Numbered from the stretch's first letter, positions 21,781 to 32,734 are shown. The stretch: 64,000 nt of DNA from Polyangiaceae bacterium (GCA_965222375.1 CBDCTZ010000005.1:512001-576000); one strand, 5' to 3'. Program-made: numbers and translations. Notes: generated by a model from the letters alone, not told the origin.

Positions 21781-21899
21781 TGCCCGGTCTTCCTGGGTCA
21801 AGCGGGTTCCGATGCCCAGAGGCGCAGAACCCATAAAAATGGGCGCCGACAGGTAGCAGTCGGCCCCCCCACTGTCAACGAGACCCGGGGCGCCCGGGC

Positions 21900-23378
21900 T
21901 CAGCGATAGGGATTGCTGGGTAGGTCGTCGCCGCCCTTGGGCCCGGGTTTTGGCCCAGCTTGGGGGCGGGGAGCAGGACGTTGAACCGGTCGCTTGGTCT
22001 CGGCAGGCGCCGGCGGCAGGGCTGACGGTTCCACTGAGGGTGTATCCGGGGTTTCAGCGGCCGAAGGCGTGAGGGCGGGCGCCGCCGCCGAAGTTTCCGC
22101 GGCGGCGGGGGTCGCTGACAGAACCGGCGGCGTGGATGTATCGGCCGCGACGGGCGCGTTCCAAAGTCCGCGGCGGCCCAGCCACCAGGCGAGAGCCGCA
22201 ACACCCACTAGAGCCAGGAGCCCCAAGACGAGCCAGAGGGCCGAGCGCCGACGCGGAGCCGGCGCCGGCTCGACCATTTGAGAGCGGACGCTGGGCGTAG
22301 CCATTTGCGTCACGCCGGAGCGATCCATGCCGCTACTCACGGGGCCAGCAGTGGGCAGCTGAATCTGACTCGGTTCGCTCCGCGCCAACCAAGCGCGTAC
22401 GGCGTCGCGTTGCTGGCCGATCTCGTTGCCGATGACCTCGGACACGTAGGAGGCCAGCTCCTTACTGGACGCGAGCTTGTCAGCGCTGTTGGCAGCGCGC
22501 TCCAAAGCGTCCGCGAAATGAGCGCAGGTAGGGAAACGAGCTACGGGATCCCGCTGCAACGCCTTCATCACGACGTCCCCGATCTCCCGCGGTACGTCCG
22601 TGGCGACCTCGCAAACGTCGGGGATTTCCTCGGTCAGCACCCGAGACAGGGTTGCCGCCTCGTTTTCCGATTTGAACAACCGACGCCCAGCTAGAACTTC
22701 CCAAAGTACGATCCCGGCGGCGAAGACATCCGCGCGGCGGTCGATGTCGCTCTTGCCCATGGCTTGCTCTGGAGCCATGTAGGCGATCTTGCCTTTGAGC
22801 TGGCCAACCCGGGTGGCGCTGAGGCGCGTGGCTGCCCGCGCCACACCGAAATCCGTGATGCGACAAATGCCGTCGAGACCGACCAAGACGTTTTGAGGGG
22901 AAACGTCTCGATGAACGAGTTCCGTGAGCTGGCCCATCTCGTCCTTCAGCTCGTGCGCCGCGTGCAGTCCGGTTAGGGTGTCCAGCACTATCTTGAGGGC
23001 AACCGGTCTGGGAAGTCGCTGACCGCTCGTCGCGGCGCGCGCCAAAAGCCGCGCGAGGGTATCTCCCTCGATGTACTCCATACCGAGGTAGTAGCCACGC
23101 TCACTGGCACCCACTTCCAAGATGCTCACGACGTTCGGGTGGTGGATACCGGCGGCCAAGCGCGCCTCATCCAGGAACATCTCGACGAACTCTTGCTCTC
23201 CGGCCAAGTGAGGGTGCAAGCGTTTGATGGCGACGAACTTCTGGAATCCGCCCATGCCACTGAGGCGAGCCAGAAAAACCGTAGCCATCCCGCCCGAAGC
23301 GATTTCGGCGACAAGCTCGTAGCGATCGATATGTTGTCGACCCTCGAGGCGTACGTCGATCAACTTTGCGGCAACCAC
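21900..23378 (-). CDS. Membrane-anchored Hanks-type Ser/Thr protein kinase
   Basis: [28 protein letters not shown], a TM helix, a Pro-rich tail and terminal NPY. Confidence 0.93.
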   Translation of the reverse strand: MVAAKLIDVRLEGRQHIDRYELVAEIASGGMATVFLARLSGMGGFQKFVAIKRLHPHLAGEQEFVEMFLDEARLAAGIHHPNVVSILEVGASERGYYLGMEYIEGDTLARLLARAATSGQRLPRPVALKIVLDTLTGLHAAHELKDEMGQLTELVHRDVSPQNVLVGLDGICRITDFGVARAATRLSATRVGQLKGKIAYMAPEQAMGKSDIDRRADVFAAGIVLWEVLAGRRLFKSENEAATLSRVLTEEIPDVCEVATDVPREIGDVVMKALQRDPVARFPTCAHFADALERAANSADKLASSKELASYVSEVIGNEIGQQRDAVRAWLARSEPSQIQLPTAGPVSSGMDRSGVTQMATPSVRSQMVEPAPAPRRRSALWLVLGLLALVGVAALAWWLGRRGLWNAPVAADTSTPPVLSATPAAAETSAAAPALTPSAAETPDTPSVEPSALPPAPAETKRPVQRPAPRPQAGPKPGPKGGDDLPSNPYR

Positions 23379-24392
23379 TCAGAAGCTCCCGCGGGCCCCC
23401 ACGCTGGCGCCACCCACGACGTTCACGAAGGGCTCGACTTTCGCGCTTTTGGTGGAGTCACCTCCGCTCCAGTCGGTGAAAAACGCTCCAATCACACCAG
23501 AAACGACCCCGAGACCCGCAGTGACTCCAATCAACACATTGGTTCGACGCTGACGGCTAAGTCCGTCTTGGTACAAATCGCAATCTGTGCCCTGCCCGGC
23601 ACATTCTTCCCGCACCCGGTCGACGCCCGGGTTGTTCTGGGTATCCAGTCCGCTCCACACTGTCGCGGCCCCCGCAGCCACCGTGAGGCCAGCTCCGATG
23701 AAGAACACCGCGGGAGGCAGGCCAGATCCGGATTGGGAGGTCGGCCCAGGGTCTGGACCCGGCTCCGGTGACTTCGGCCCCGCAGGCTTGCTCGAGCCGG
23801 GGTCCGCTCCAGGCGTGACCGGTGCTTTCGCCTCTTCCGGGGGGGCCTCGAAACTGAGATCACTCTTGCCCCCCTTCTTGGCCTCGATGGACTCGGATAC
23901 AGAGCGCCCGCCGGACCAACCCGCTCGGATTTCATGTTTGCCAAGCCTTACGAAGACGGTGCGACGCTCCGCAGAGCCGCCGTGGACCAACTTGGTACCC
24001 ACGACGATATCGCATGCGGGCTGGCAGTCGACCCGTACACGGTGCAGCGCTTTCTCGGCGCGTTGCAGCACCGGACTGGCAAGCTCCGCAAGCTTCTTGT
24101 CCGTCGGATGCCGATCGAGGGCCAATGCCGCAAGCGTGGCGGCTCGATCCAGTTGTTTGGCCTTGCTGCGCGCGCGAATGGCCAATTCCAGAGTGACCGA
24201 CGCCGGTGCATACCGGTCCGCAGTTTCGAAGTGCTCGGCTGCCGCGACCCACTCACGATCTTTGTAGGCTCGTTTGCCCTGGTCGAACGCGTCCCCCGCG
24301 AGCTTCACATCCTCAGCAGACGGCGCCGCCCACACCGGCACCGCAAGAGCACAGACCAATAGCCCTACCCGAAGTGCTGATAGTCGCCTCAA
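23379..24392 (-). CDS. Secreted TPR/PEGA-like protein, kinase-associated
   Basis: Signal peptide, N-terminal TPR-like helices, beta domain and C-terminal hydrophobic Gly-rich hairpin ending ARGSF; abuts the kinase gene. Confidence 0.7.
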   Translation of the reverse strand: MRRLSALRVGLLVCALAVPVWAAPSAEDVKLAGDAFDQGKRAYKDREWVAAAEHFETADRYAPASVTLELAIRARSKAKQLDRAATLAALALDRHPTDKKLAELASPVLQRAEKALHRVRVDCQPACDIVVGTKLVHGGSAERRTVFVRLGKHEIRAGWSGGRSVSESIEAKKGGKSDLSFEAPPEEAKAPVTPGADPGSSKPAGPKSPEPGPDPGPTSQSGSGLPPAVFFIGAGLTVAAGAATVWSGLDTQNNPGVDRVREECAGQGTDCDLYQDGLSRQRRTNVLIGVTAGLGVVSGVIGAFFTDWSGGDSTKSAKVEPFVNVVGGASVGARGSF

Positions 24393-24503
24393 GCTGCCCT
24401 CTCCACGATCCGTTTCTCCGCGGTCGACAGGCTACCGCGGATCCGCGCATTCGGCGAGGAAGGCGCATCGCAACGGACCTTCGAGGTCTTACCTTTACTT
24501 ACA

Positions 24504-25901
24504 TCAGCTCATCGAGACCAAAAGGCGATCGGGCTCCTCGAGAAGCTCGATGATGGTTCGGGCGAAGGCCGCCCCTACGTGACCATCGATCAAACGATGG
24601 TCGAAGCTGAGGGAAAGCAACATCACCTCGCCAATCACGATTTGGTCGCCCTGCACTACGGGGCGCTTCTTCATCTCGTGAACGCCGAGGATTGCGACCT
24701 CCGGGTAGTTGATGATGGGCGTCGCGAATAGGCCTCCCAACTTGCCCAGCGACGTGATCGTGAAGCTCGAACCACCGAGGTCTTCCATCCGCAACTTCCC
24801 GGAGCGAGCATCCTCCGCCAGGCGCTCTAGCTCTCGAGCGATGTCGAGAATGCTGAGGCGATCTACTTCCCGCAACACAGGCACTATCAGGCCAGCGTCA
24901 GTGGCTGCCGCAATGCCGATGTCGTAGCTGTCCTTGAGCACCATCTCTTGTTTTTCATCGTCGACTAGGCCGTTGAGAGTCGGATGCTGTTTCAGCGCAG
25001 CGACTACCGCCTTGATGATGAACGGCAGGAAGCTGAGCTTGATGCCGTCGCGCTCCGCGATGGCCTTCGTTCGTGCTCGCAACGCCCGCAGTGCCGTCAC
25101 GTCACACTCATCCACGTAGGTGAAGTGCGCGGCCGTATGCATCGAGCGCGACATGTTCTCGTAGATCCGTCGACGCACGCCCCGGATCGGAACGCGCTGC
25201 TCTGCCCCTGTCGGCGTCCGAGGCGGCTGCCGACGCACCGGAGGCGCACCAGGCTTGGGCGCTGGGCGCAGCGTGACCGCGGACTGGTCAACGCCGCTCG
25301 AGCTCTGCGGGGACGCGGCGACGGCGCCGCTCGCGAAGCGCTCCACATCCTCTCGGGTCACCCGCCCCGCGGGGCCGGTGGGCGGCACCTGCCTTAGGTC
25401 TACCCCGATTTCCCTCGCGTATTTTCGGGTCGCGGGAGCCGCCAAGGGTTTCTCGGCAAAGTAGCCGGCAGACCCCTGCACGCTGATCTCGGGAGCCCTG
25501 GGTGCCCGGGGAACACTCATGCCGGGCAAAGACTCTTTGATGTCACCGACGGCCGTCGCCGCGGGGCCATCGTCCTTCTTCTCTGCAGCGGCAGCACCGT
25601 TTCCCGACGGCCCCTTGGGCCTCGCGATGGTTGGCGCGACCGCCACGCCGGCTTCGGATAGCTCCAGCACGATCAAGACATTGCCCACGGGGACGATGTC
25701 GCCTTCGCCCCCACCGAGTTCCACCACCTTGCCCGCTTTTGGAGCGCCGATGGTGACGGTCGCCTTGTCGGTCATGACCTCGACCATTTCTTGGTCCTCA
25801 ACCAAGGAATCGCCAACGCTGACCAACCAACTGACGATCTCCCCCTCGGTGACGCCTTCACCGATGTCGGGCAGCTTGAACTCGTACCGTTCCATGCTCA
25901 T
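24504..25901 (-). CDS. Dihydrolipoamide acyltransferase E2 (branched-chain/pyruvate type)
   Basis: LPDIGEGVTEGE, TDKA lipoyl lysine, E3-binding GPAGRVTREDV, catalytic FDHRLIDG. Confidence 0.95.
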   Translation of the reverse strand: MSMERYEFKLPDIGEGVTEGEIVSWLVSVGDSLVEDQEMVEVMTDKATVTIGAPKAGKVVELGGGEGDIVPVGNVLIVLELSEAGVAVAPTIARPKGPSGNGAAAAEKKDDGPAATAVGDIKESLPGMSVPRAPRAPEISVQGSAGYFAEKPLAAPATRKYAREIGVDLRQVPPTGPAGRVTREDVERFASGAVAASPQSSSGVDQSAVTLRPAPKPGAPPVRRQPPRTPTGAEQRVPIRGVRRRIYENMSRSMHTAAHFTYVDECDVTALRALRARTKAIAERDGIKLSFLPFIIKAVVAALKQHPTLNGLVDDEKQEMVLKDSYDIGIAAATDAGLIVPVLREVDRLSILDIARELERLAEDARSGKLRMEDLGGSSFTITSLGKLGGLFATPIINYPEVAILGVHEMKKRPVVQGDQIVIGEVMLLSLSFDHRLIDGHVGAAFARTIIELLEEPDRLLVSMS

Positions 25902-25914
25902 TCATCCTTGCAGT

Positions 25915-26889
25915 TCAGGCGCGTGCCGTTTCCAAAACGGCGGGCACAATGCGGTGAGATAACGGGAGGTATTCCATCTCGAGGGCGTAGGGAAAGGGGG
26001 TATCAAAACCCGTCACACGGCGTGGTGGTGCCTCCAGGTGATAGAACACTTTCTCGCAGATCAGGCTGACGAGCTCAGACCCGAAACCACACGTCTTCGG
26101 TGCTTCGTGGACGATTACGACCCGCCCAGTTTTCTTGACACTCTCCACGACAGTCGTGACATCCAGGGGCCATAGAGTACGCAGATCGATGACCTCGGAA
26201 TCCACCCCTTCTGCCGCGACCTTATCCGCGGCATCCAGGCTCTCGTACAACATCGCTCCGTAGGTGATGATCGTAACGTCGCCCCCTGTGCGTGCAACGG
26301 AAGCACTCTCGAGGGGCACACTGTAGTCACCCTCGGGCACGTCGCCCTTGGCTGCACGATAGATGCGTTTGGGCTCGAAAAAGAGCACTGGATCCGGATC
26401 CGCAATGGCGGAGAGCAGTAGGCCCTTCGCATCGTAAGGGTTGGTTGGACACACCACCTTCAAGCCCGCGACATGAATGAAGTGCGCCTCCGGGTGCTGC
26501 GAATGGTAGTGCCCGCCACGAATACCGCCGCCCACTGGCGTGCGGATCACCATCTTGCAAGGATACTCCCCGCCGGAGCGGTAGCGGTACTTCGCAATCT
26601 CACTGATTATCTGATCGTACGCCGGCCAAATGAAGTCCGAAAACTGAATCTCCGGAATGGGCACCATGCCGTAGAGCGCCATGCCAACGGCGGTCCCGAT
26701 GATGCCGCCCTCGGACAGGGGAGTATCGATGACACGGTCATCGCCAAACTCGTCGAACAGACCGGCTGTCACGCGAAACACCCCACCTACTTTGCCGACA
26801 TCTTCACCCATGAGGATGACCTTGTCGTTTTCCGTCATGGCGATGCGCAGTGCGTCGTTGATGGCCTGCACCATGTTCATTTGCGGCAT
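25915..26889 (-). CDS. 2-oxoacid dehydrogenase E1 beta subunit (likely branched-chain)
   Basis: GEDVGKVGGVFR, DTPLSE, EIQFSDF, HSQ, FFEPK, IDLRTL. Confidence 0.95.
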   Translation of the reverse strand: MPQMNMVQAINDALRIAMTENDKVILMGEDVGKVGGVFRVTAGLFDEFGDDRVIDTPLSEGGIIGTAVGMALYGMVPIPEIQFSDFIWPAYDQIISEIAKYRYRSGGEYPCKMVIRTPVGGGIRGGHYHSQHPEAHFIHVAGLKVVCPTNPYDAKGLLLSAIADPDPVLFFEPKRIYRAAKGDVPEGDYSVPLESASVARTGGDVTIITYGAMLYESLDAADKVAAEGVDSEVIDLRTLWPLDVTTVVESVKKTGRVVIVHEAPKTCGFGSELVSLICEKVFYHLEAPPRRVTGFDTPFPYALEMEYLPLSHRIVPAVLETARA

Positions 26890-26943
26890 GGTCGAATTCT
26901 CCGAATAACTCTCAAGAAGGGTGGTGTAAGCGCCCGCTGGTAC

Positions 26944-28074
26944 TCAGTGCGCGGAGGGTGCTCGAGGACCGCTGAGGAGTTCCTGTTTTTGCTCCTCGAG
27001 GAACCACGGCAGCTTCGCGAAGACTTCCTCGAAGAGGGTCTCGAGCGCAGGACCCGACGTGTTCTCGGCGCGAGTCACGGCGTCCTTGATTTGTTGGTCG
27101 ATTTCCCCACGCAACGTCTCTTCCTTGCCGTCATCCCAGTGCCCGCCCCGCTCCAGGTGCCCGCGCAGGCGCTCCAGGGGGTCTCGGGTTACCCAAGGTT
27201 CCAGCTCGTTCTGGGTCCGATAGCGAGTGGGATCGTCGCTCGTGGAATGGCCACCCATGCGATAGGTGATCGCCTCGATCAGCGTTGGTCCCTTGCCTGC
27301 GGCGGCGTGTTCCACGGCCCGCCGCGTGACGTCGATCACTGCGAAAATGTCGTTGCCATCCACACGAACCCCGGGAACCCCGTAGGCGATGCCCTTCTGG
27401 GCGAAGGTGCGGCTTGCGGTTTGCCGTTCCACCGGCACACTGATCGCCCAACCGTTGTTGCGGCAGAAGAAGATCACCGGCGCGCCGAACACACCTGCAA
27501 AGTTCAGCCCATTGTGGAACTCGTTGGAACTCGTGCAGCCATCCCCGAAGTAGACCAGACACGCCAGGTCATCCTTCCGAATCTTGGCGGCCCAAGCGAA
27601 TCCCGTGGCCTGGGTGATCTGGGTTCCGATCGGCGAGCTCACCGAGCCAAATTTTGCAGCACGACACGTGTAGTGGTCGGGCATTTGCCGCCCCTTTACA
27701 AGATCGTTCTCGTTGCCGTACATGTTGTCGATGTAGCGTTGAAACTCAAAGCCCCGCAATAAGCCAGCACCGAACTCCCGATAGCAGGGGAACACCCAGT
27801 CTTGCTTCCGCATCGCGAAGGCCGAGCCGATGATGGCGGCTTCCTCGCCGAGAGAGCCGATGTGGAATCCAATTCGGCCCTGACGCTGAAGAGTGACCAA
27901 CCGTTCATCGGTGATGCGTGTGAACACCATGTGCCGATAGAGGTGCAAGATCTCTTCGACTGAAAGCTTGGGGTCATGCTTGGGGTCGAGGCTGCCGTCT
28001 TCGCGGAGCACCCGCACCACATCGCCGGGGGCGCGGCCCGCGCCAGAAACTGTCGGAGCTGCAGTCGTCGTCAT
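26944..28074 (-). CDS. 2-oxoacid dehydrogenase E1 alpha subunit (likely branched-chain)
   Basis: QRQGRIGF, YRE, KGRQMPDHY, GDG..NNGWAIS TPP motif, HSTSDDP. Confidence 0.95.
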   Translation of the reverse strand: MTTTAAPTVSGAGRAPGDVVRVLREDGSLDPKHDPKLSVEEILHLYRHMVFTRITDERLVTLQRQGRIGFHIGSLGEEAAIIGSAFAMRKQDWVFPCYREFGAGLLRGFEFQRYIDNMYGNENDLVKGRQMPDHYTCRAAKFGSVSSPIGTQITQATGFAWAAKIRKDDLACLVYFGDGCTSSNEFHNGLNFAGVFGAPVIFFCRNNGWAISVPVERQTASRTFAQKGIAYGVPGVRVDGNDIFAVIDVTRRAVEHAAAGKGPTLIEAITYRMGGHSTSDDPTRYRTQNELEPWVTRDPLERLRGHLERGGHWDDGKEETLRGEIDQQIKDAVTRAENTSGPALETLFEEVFAKLPWFLEEQKQELLSGPRAPSAH

Positions 28075-28239
28075 TTATCTTCCTGCGTGCCGCTCGGATT
28101 CTCGCGGCTGGCAGAGCCTAGTCGATACTGGGCGCTGGCGAAAAGCCCGAAGAGAACCGACAACTGCGCGACCGGGGACGTCCAATTTGGCCGGGTTTTG
28201 ACAGCCTTGGCGTACGCCGCAACGCGTCGATCTTCAGGC

Positions 28240-28809
28240 TCAATCGCCGAGCGCCTGCTCGGCCTCGCTGAGCGCGCGCTTCAAGGCATTTGCGTCCGAA
28301 CCGAAACTCTCCGTCAGCTTTTCGAGCACGTCGCGCTCCTCGGCACTGACGCCACCCGACACATGTGCCAGGAGAGCCGCGACTCTGAGAACTTCCTGAG
28401 CATGTTCTGGTTTGGATACGGTGCGCGAGACCATCTTGACGCGCTTGTCGATGCCATCTTCGTGCATCTGGTCTTCCAAATCGGCGACCAGGGCGTGCAC
28501 CTGCCCCTGTCCCACGACGCCCTCGCAAGCAGAAAGCACGACGTGCTCGAAGGCGGCACGCTCTGTTGGGTCGAAATCGCCATCCGCATTGGCAACCAGA
28601 AACGCGGCCTCCACCACCGCTTCGAACAGCGCTGCCGCGTCGGGATCGAATCCTGTAGGCTGCGTGATGTCGTCTTCGGTCGGCTGGGAGCCGTAGGAGG
28701 CCGCCGCCACGGTCAGGATGGAGGACTTGGTTCCCTCTTCGGCGTACGAAGGCGGCAAGCTGAGTTTGGTGGCCACTCGCTCGAGCAAACTCTGGTCGGG
28801 GGCGGTCAT
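28240..28809 (-). CDS. TerB-family protein
   Basis: AFLVANADGDFDPTER and LAHVSGGVSAEER..L TerB-like repeats. Confidence 0.8.
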   Translation of the reverse strand: MTAPDQSLLERVATKLSLPPSYAEEGTKSSILTVAAASYGSQPTEDDITQPTGFDPDAAALFEAVVEAAFLVANADGDFDPTERAAFEHVVLSACEGVVGQGQVHALVADLEDQMHEDGIDKRVKMVSRTVSKPEHAQEVLRVAALLAHVSGGVSAEERDVLEKLTESFGSDANALKRALSEAEQALGD

Positions 28810-28864
28810 GGGGTAGGCGTCCTTCGTTAAGCGCCGCGCAGCCTAGCCGAAACCGCGCGGCGCG

Positions 28865-29854
28865 TCAGCGCCCGACGCCGGGACGGCGAAGCAGTGAATC
28901 CTCAGGCAAAATCGCGGGGTCCAAGGCGGGGGCCGGGCGCCTGTGAGGCGCTTGGCCCCCGCCGCTCGCCAGGACGAAGGCCTCGGCAGCGTGGTAGCTG
29001 GAGCGGACCAAGGGTCCGGAGGCCACGTAGGAGAAGCCCAGGTCGCGGCCCTGCCGAGCCCAGGCATCGAACTGCTCCGGGGACACATAGCGGTCGACGG
29101 CCACATGCTTGGGTGTCGGCCGCAAGTATTGGCCCAGGGTCACGATGTCGACACCGGCCTCGCGCAAGTCCGACAGGGCCTCGAGGACCTCGTCGTCTCG
29201 TTCCCCGATACCCACCATCAGCGAGCTCTTCACGTATCGATCCGGATACGCGGCTTTGGCATGCCGAAGGACGGCCAGGCTCTGGTCGTAGCTACAGCGC
29301 TGATCCCGAACCGTAGGCGTTAGCCGCCGCACCACCTCCAGGTTGTGGGCGAAAACCTCGGGCTGAGCTGCGAGCAGCGTGTCGATGTCTCGAGTGCGAC
29401 CCGAGAAATCGCCGACCAGGGTCTCCACGAGCAAGCTGGGGCTCTCACGATGGATCGCGCGCACCGTCGCTGCAACATGTGCGGCGCCGCCGTCGAGCAA
29501 GTCATCGCGGTCAACCATGGTGAGCACTACGTAGCGCAGCGCTAGCTTGCCAATGGCCTTGGCCACGTGGTCCGGCTCTCGGGGGTCGACTCCGCCCCGA
29601 GGATTGCCAGTTGTGACCGCACAGAAACGACAGCCACGGGTGCAGGTATGCCCGAGCACCATCACCGTGGCCGTACCCGCGCTCCAACATTCACCGACAT
29701 TGGGGCAGCGTGCCTCTTCGCACACCGTGCTCAGATCGAGGCCGCGTAGGGTGCGCTTCAGCTCTCCATAGCGTTGGCCACCAGGCGCGCGCACCTTGAG
29801 CCATGGCGGCTTCTTTTCGCGGCGTACGGGGGGCGGGCGCTCGTGAGTGGTCAC
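28865..29854 (-). CDS. lipA: Lipoyl synthase
   Basis: [30 protein letters not shown]. Confidence 0.97.
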   Translation of the reverse strand: MTTHERPPPVRREKKPPWLKVRAPGGQRYGELKRTLRGLDLSTVCEEARCPNVGECWSAGTATVMVLGHTCTRGCRFCAVTTGNPRGGVDPREPDHVAKAIGKLALRYVVLTMVDRDDLLDGGAAHVAATVRAIHRESPSLLVETLVGDFSGRTRDIDTLLAAQPEVFAHNLEVVRRLTPTVRDQRCSYDQSLAVLRHAKAAYPDRYVKSSLMVGIGERDDEVLEALSDLREAGVDIVTLGQYLRPTPKHVAVDRYVSPEQFDAWARQGRDLGFSYVASGPLVRSSYHAAEAFVLASGGGQAPHRRPAPALDPAILPEDSLLRRPGVGR

Positions 29855-29935
29855 TCCCTGGGAACATAGGCGCGGCGCTGGCCCTTGGCCAGGGAGGCGT
29901 CGAAAGTCCCGTGCCTACATGGCAGACTAGAACAC

Positions 29936-31177
29936 ATGCGAATCCTGTGGGCGGCGGTGTTGGTGGTCGGGACAGCAGCTTGTTCGAGTTCTGAACCGGA
30001 CCCCGCGGGGGCCGGTGCGAGTTCCAGGAGCGGCGGTGAGGCCGGAACCGCGGGCAGCGGCGCCATCGGGGCTGGGGGCAGCGCAGGGAGCCCCAATGGT
30101 GGCGCTAGTGGCGACGGGAGCGGCGGCGTGGCTGGCGACGGCAGTGGAGGCGTCGGCGGGGGCGGCTCGGGTGGGGGTGCAGGCACGTCAGTAGATGTCT
30201 TTCCCGGTGCAAGCTGGCAGCAGAAAGCGGCGCAAGCTGTCGGGTTAGACGCCACCAAGATCGACGCTTTCGTCAAGAATGTCGGCGGCGACGGCGTCCT
30301 GATCAAGGACGGATACTTGGTTCGTTCTTGGGGGAACGCCAGCAAGCGAGCGGACTGGGCCTCTGCCGCCAAGCCCGTTATTTCGACGATGCTCCTCTTC
30401 GCCGTGCATGAGGGCAAACTAGCGGGCGTCAACGCAAGCGTAGCGGCAACCGGCTATCCGCTGAATCAGAAAGACCAGAGTATGACCTTCAGCCACCTAG
30501 CTCACATGACGAGTGGCTATGCGCGCAAGGAGGCTCCCGGGAGCGCGTGGGCCTACAACGACTTCGCGATCCAGCTCTACGCCGAAGCCCTATTCGACAA
30601 GGTGTTCAAAGATGGGTCACCAGACAAAGCCGCGACGGGCGCAGCGCGACTTGAAGCCCTGGGCTTCGAGGACGGTGGGCTCTTCGGTTCCCGCGGCGGA
30701 TACGGCGTCAACGCCAGTCCTAGAGACTTCGCGAGAATCGGGTGGTTTTGGCTGAATAAGGGACGCTGGGCCACAGGCCCCTTGCTGCCGCAGGCTCTCT
30801 TCGACCAACATTGGAAGGCGTCCGTGCCTGCCGGCCTGCCCCGGAGTTCCAGCGCCACCAGCGACTATCTCGGGATCGGCAGCTTCGGCGGCGGCAGCGA
30901 TCAGACCGAGTTTGGTCCCGGGATCTACGGACTTAACGCTTGGTTCAACCAAACCGTCCCGAACCAGAGCAAGCGCGTTTGGCCCAACGCGCCACCCGAC
31001 ACATTCCAAGCCAACGGGCATTGGAACAAAGAAGTGGTCACCGTCATTCCGAGTCTTGGAATCGTGGTCGCCGCACGCGGCAAATGGGATTCGGGGCAGA
31101 ACGCGTTCAAGCCTGGGGACGCCACTTGGAAGATGAATACAAACCTGAAGCTGCTCGCCGACGCCGTGACCAAGTAG
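29936..31177 (+). CDS. Lipoprotein serine hydrolase (beta-lactamase class C-like)
   Basis: Lipobox TAAC, Gly-rich linker, SAAK (SxxK), HMTSG, PGSAWAYND, RDFARIG, VIPSLGIVVA. Confidence 0.85.
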   Translation: MRILWAAVLVVGTAACSSSEPDPAGAGASSRSGGEAGTAGSGAIGAGGSAGSPNGGASGDGSGGVAGDGSGGVGGGGSGGGAGTSVDVFPGASWQQKAAQAVGLDATKIDAFVKNVGGDGVLIKDGYLVRSWGNASKRADWASAAKPVISTMLLFAVHEGKLAGVNASVAATGYPLNQKDQSMTFSHLAHMTSGYARKEAPGSAWAYNDFAIQLYAEALFDKVFKDGSPDKAATGAARLEALGFEDGGLFGSRGGYGVNASPRDFARIGWFWLNKGRWATGPLLPQALFDQHWKASVPAGLPRSSSATSDYLGIGSFGGGSDQTEFGPGIYGLNAWFNQTVPNQSKRVWPNAPPDTFQANGHWNKEVVTVIPSLGIVVAARGKWDSGQNAFKPGDATWKMNTNLKLLADAVTK

Positions 31178-31180
31178 TGG

Positions 31181-32245
31181 TCAGGGCGCCAACGCCTGAA
31201 GCGCGCGCGCTCCAACGGGCTCGGCGACGCCGCGCTCCGTGAAAATCGCATTCACCCAGGCCGCAGGGGTCACATCGAAGGCCGGATTGTGGACGCCGGC
31301 GCTGTCCGGCACAATCCGCCGCTCGCCCAAGTGCGTCAGCTCCCGCGCGGCGCGCTCCTCGATTTCAATCTCAGCGCCGGTTGGACACGCCAAATCGACC
31401 GTGCTCCAAGGCGCAGCAACGAAGAAGGGGCGCTCATGCAACCTGCACAAGCCAGCTACGCCGTAGGTTCCGATCTTGTTCGCGACATCTCCGTTGGCGG
31501 CGATCCGGTCTGAACCCACCACGGCAAGGTCGACCCGCCCCTGAGCGAAGAAGCTCGCAGCCGCCGAATCGGCGATGACCGAAACCTGAATCCCATCCCG
31601 ACTGAGCTCCCAGGCAGTCAGGCGGGCCCCCTGGAAGTAGGGGCGAGTTTCACCGGCAATGACCTGGACGTTCTTGCCAGCGTCTCTTGCAGCGCGGATC
31701 ACGCCCAAGGCCGTTCCGTAACCACCGGTGGCGAGAGCGCCCGCATTGCAGTGGGTCAGGATGGTCGCGCCATCCGGAACCCGCTCCGCACCGAACTTCC
31801 CCATGGTGACACATGCCTCGACATCCTCGCGATGAATGACGCGTGCCGTCGCCGCGAGGGCGGCGACCCGATCCATCGCACTCATCGAGCTCACCTCGCG
31901 GCTGCGCGAGAGCATCCGGTCGACCGCCCACATCAGGTTCACTGCCGTGGGTCGGCTTTCGCGCAAACACCGGGCCGCGCGTGCCATCTCAGCCTCAAAG
32001 GGTTCGGCAGTTCGAGCAGCCAGCACCATGCCGTAGGCTGCGGCGATTCCGATCGCCGGTGCGCCCCGCACGACCATCTCCGTGATGGCTCGAGCCATTT
32101 CGTCCGCCGTGCGAATGCGAACGTACCTTTCCGTATCGGGCAATTCTCGCTGCTCCAGAAGCACGGCCTCGGCGTCATCGGGAAGCAGCTCGACAGCGGA
32201 GTATTCGGCACGGGATAGCGGGTCCGGATGGGGGATCTTGCTCAT
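31181..32245 (-). CDS. mtnA: S-methyl-5-thioribose-1-phosphate isomerase
   Basis: [53 protein letters not shown]. Confidence 0.96.
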   Translation of the reverse strand: MSKIPHPDPLSRAEYSAVELLPDDAEAVLLEQRELPDTERYVRIRTADEMARAITEMVVRGAPAIGIAAAYGMVLAARTAEPFEAEMARAARCLRESRPTAVNLMWAVDRMLSRSREVSSMSAMDRVAALAATARVIHREDVEACVTMGKFGAERVPDGATILTHCNAGALATGGYGTALGVIRAARDAGKNVQVIAGETRPYFQGARLTAWELSRDGIQVSVIADSAAASFFAQGRVDLAVVGSDRIAANGDVANKIGTYGVAGLCRLHERPFFVAAPWSTVDLACPTGAEIEIEERAARELTHLGERRIVPDSAGVHNPAFDVTPAAWVNAIFTERGVAEPVGARALQALAP

Positions 32246-32329
32246 CGTCGAGGCCAGCCTGGCCCAGCCGCATCCGCCTTGGCAAGACACGCGTGGAACG
32301 TCTGCCACAAATCGCGCTAGGCTTGGCGC

Positions 32330-32734
32330 ATGGCCCAACGACTACTCCCGTGTCCGAGCTGCAGCCGCCACGTGCGTCTTGCCGAAGCAGCATGCCCCTT
32401 CTGCGCTCATTCCGTCCAGTTCGACCACATCCCACCGGCAGTCAGTGTTGCCCAGACTGCGCGGCTATCACGAACTGCGCGAGTCGCCCTGGGCGCAGCC
32501 CTGGCAGCGACCGTCCCTGCCTGCGGCGGTTCCGCCACACCTCCGGACTCGCCCCAGCCAGCACCGACAACGACAGCACCACCGGACGACGACGGCGCCC
32601 CGGCCGCAGAGTATGGAGCGCCCATGCCGCCGGACGATCCCGGCGCAATCGCGCCCATGTACGGAGAACCCGCCCCACCTCCGGACGATGACGGTGCGGG
32701 CGCGCCCGAGTACGGCGCGCCACCCGAGCACTGA
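32330..32734 (+). CDS. Small Cys-cluster lipoprotein with three xYGxP repeats
   Basis: CPSCSRH..CPFC, hydrophobic stretch ending VPAC, then AEYGAP, PMYGEP and PEYGAPP. Confidence 0.75.
   Translation: MAQRLLPCPSCSRHVRLAEAACPFCAHSVQFDHIPPAVSVAQTARLSRTARVALGAALAATVPACGGSATPPDSPQPAPTTTAPPDDDGAPAAEYGAPMPPDDPGAIAPMYGEPAPPPDDDGAGAPEYGAPPEH

Noticed and set aside
21781..21899. tRNA-Gln often found upstream of prs
   Set aside because: No cloverleaf, T-loop GTTCRA in a proper stem or CCA end is visible on either strand.
28865..29854. Radical SAM enzyme near the YGxP protein as its maturase
   Set aside because: It has the LipA-specific CX4CX5C and RSSY motifs and no SPASM domain; it is lipoyl synthase.
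29936..31177. Antibiotic-resistance beta-lactamase call (also for 49037-49879)
   Set aside because: Only fold-level motifs are seen; these families are mostly esterases, peptidases and other hydrolases.
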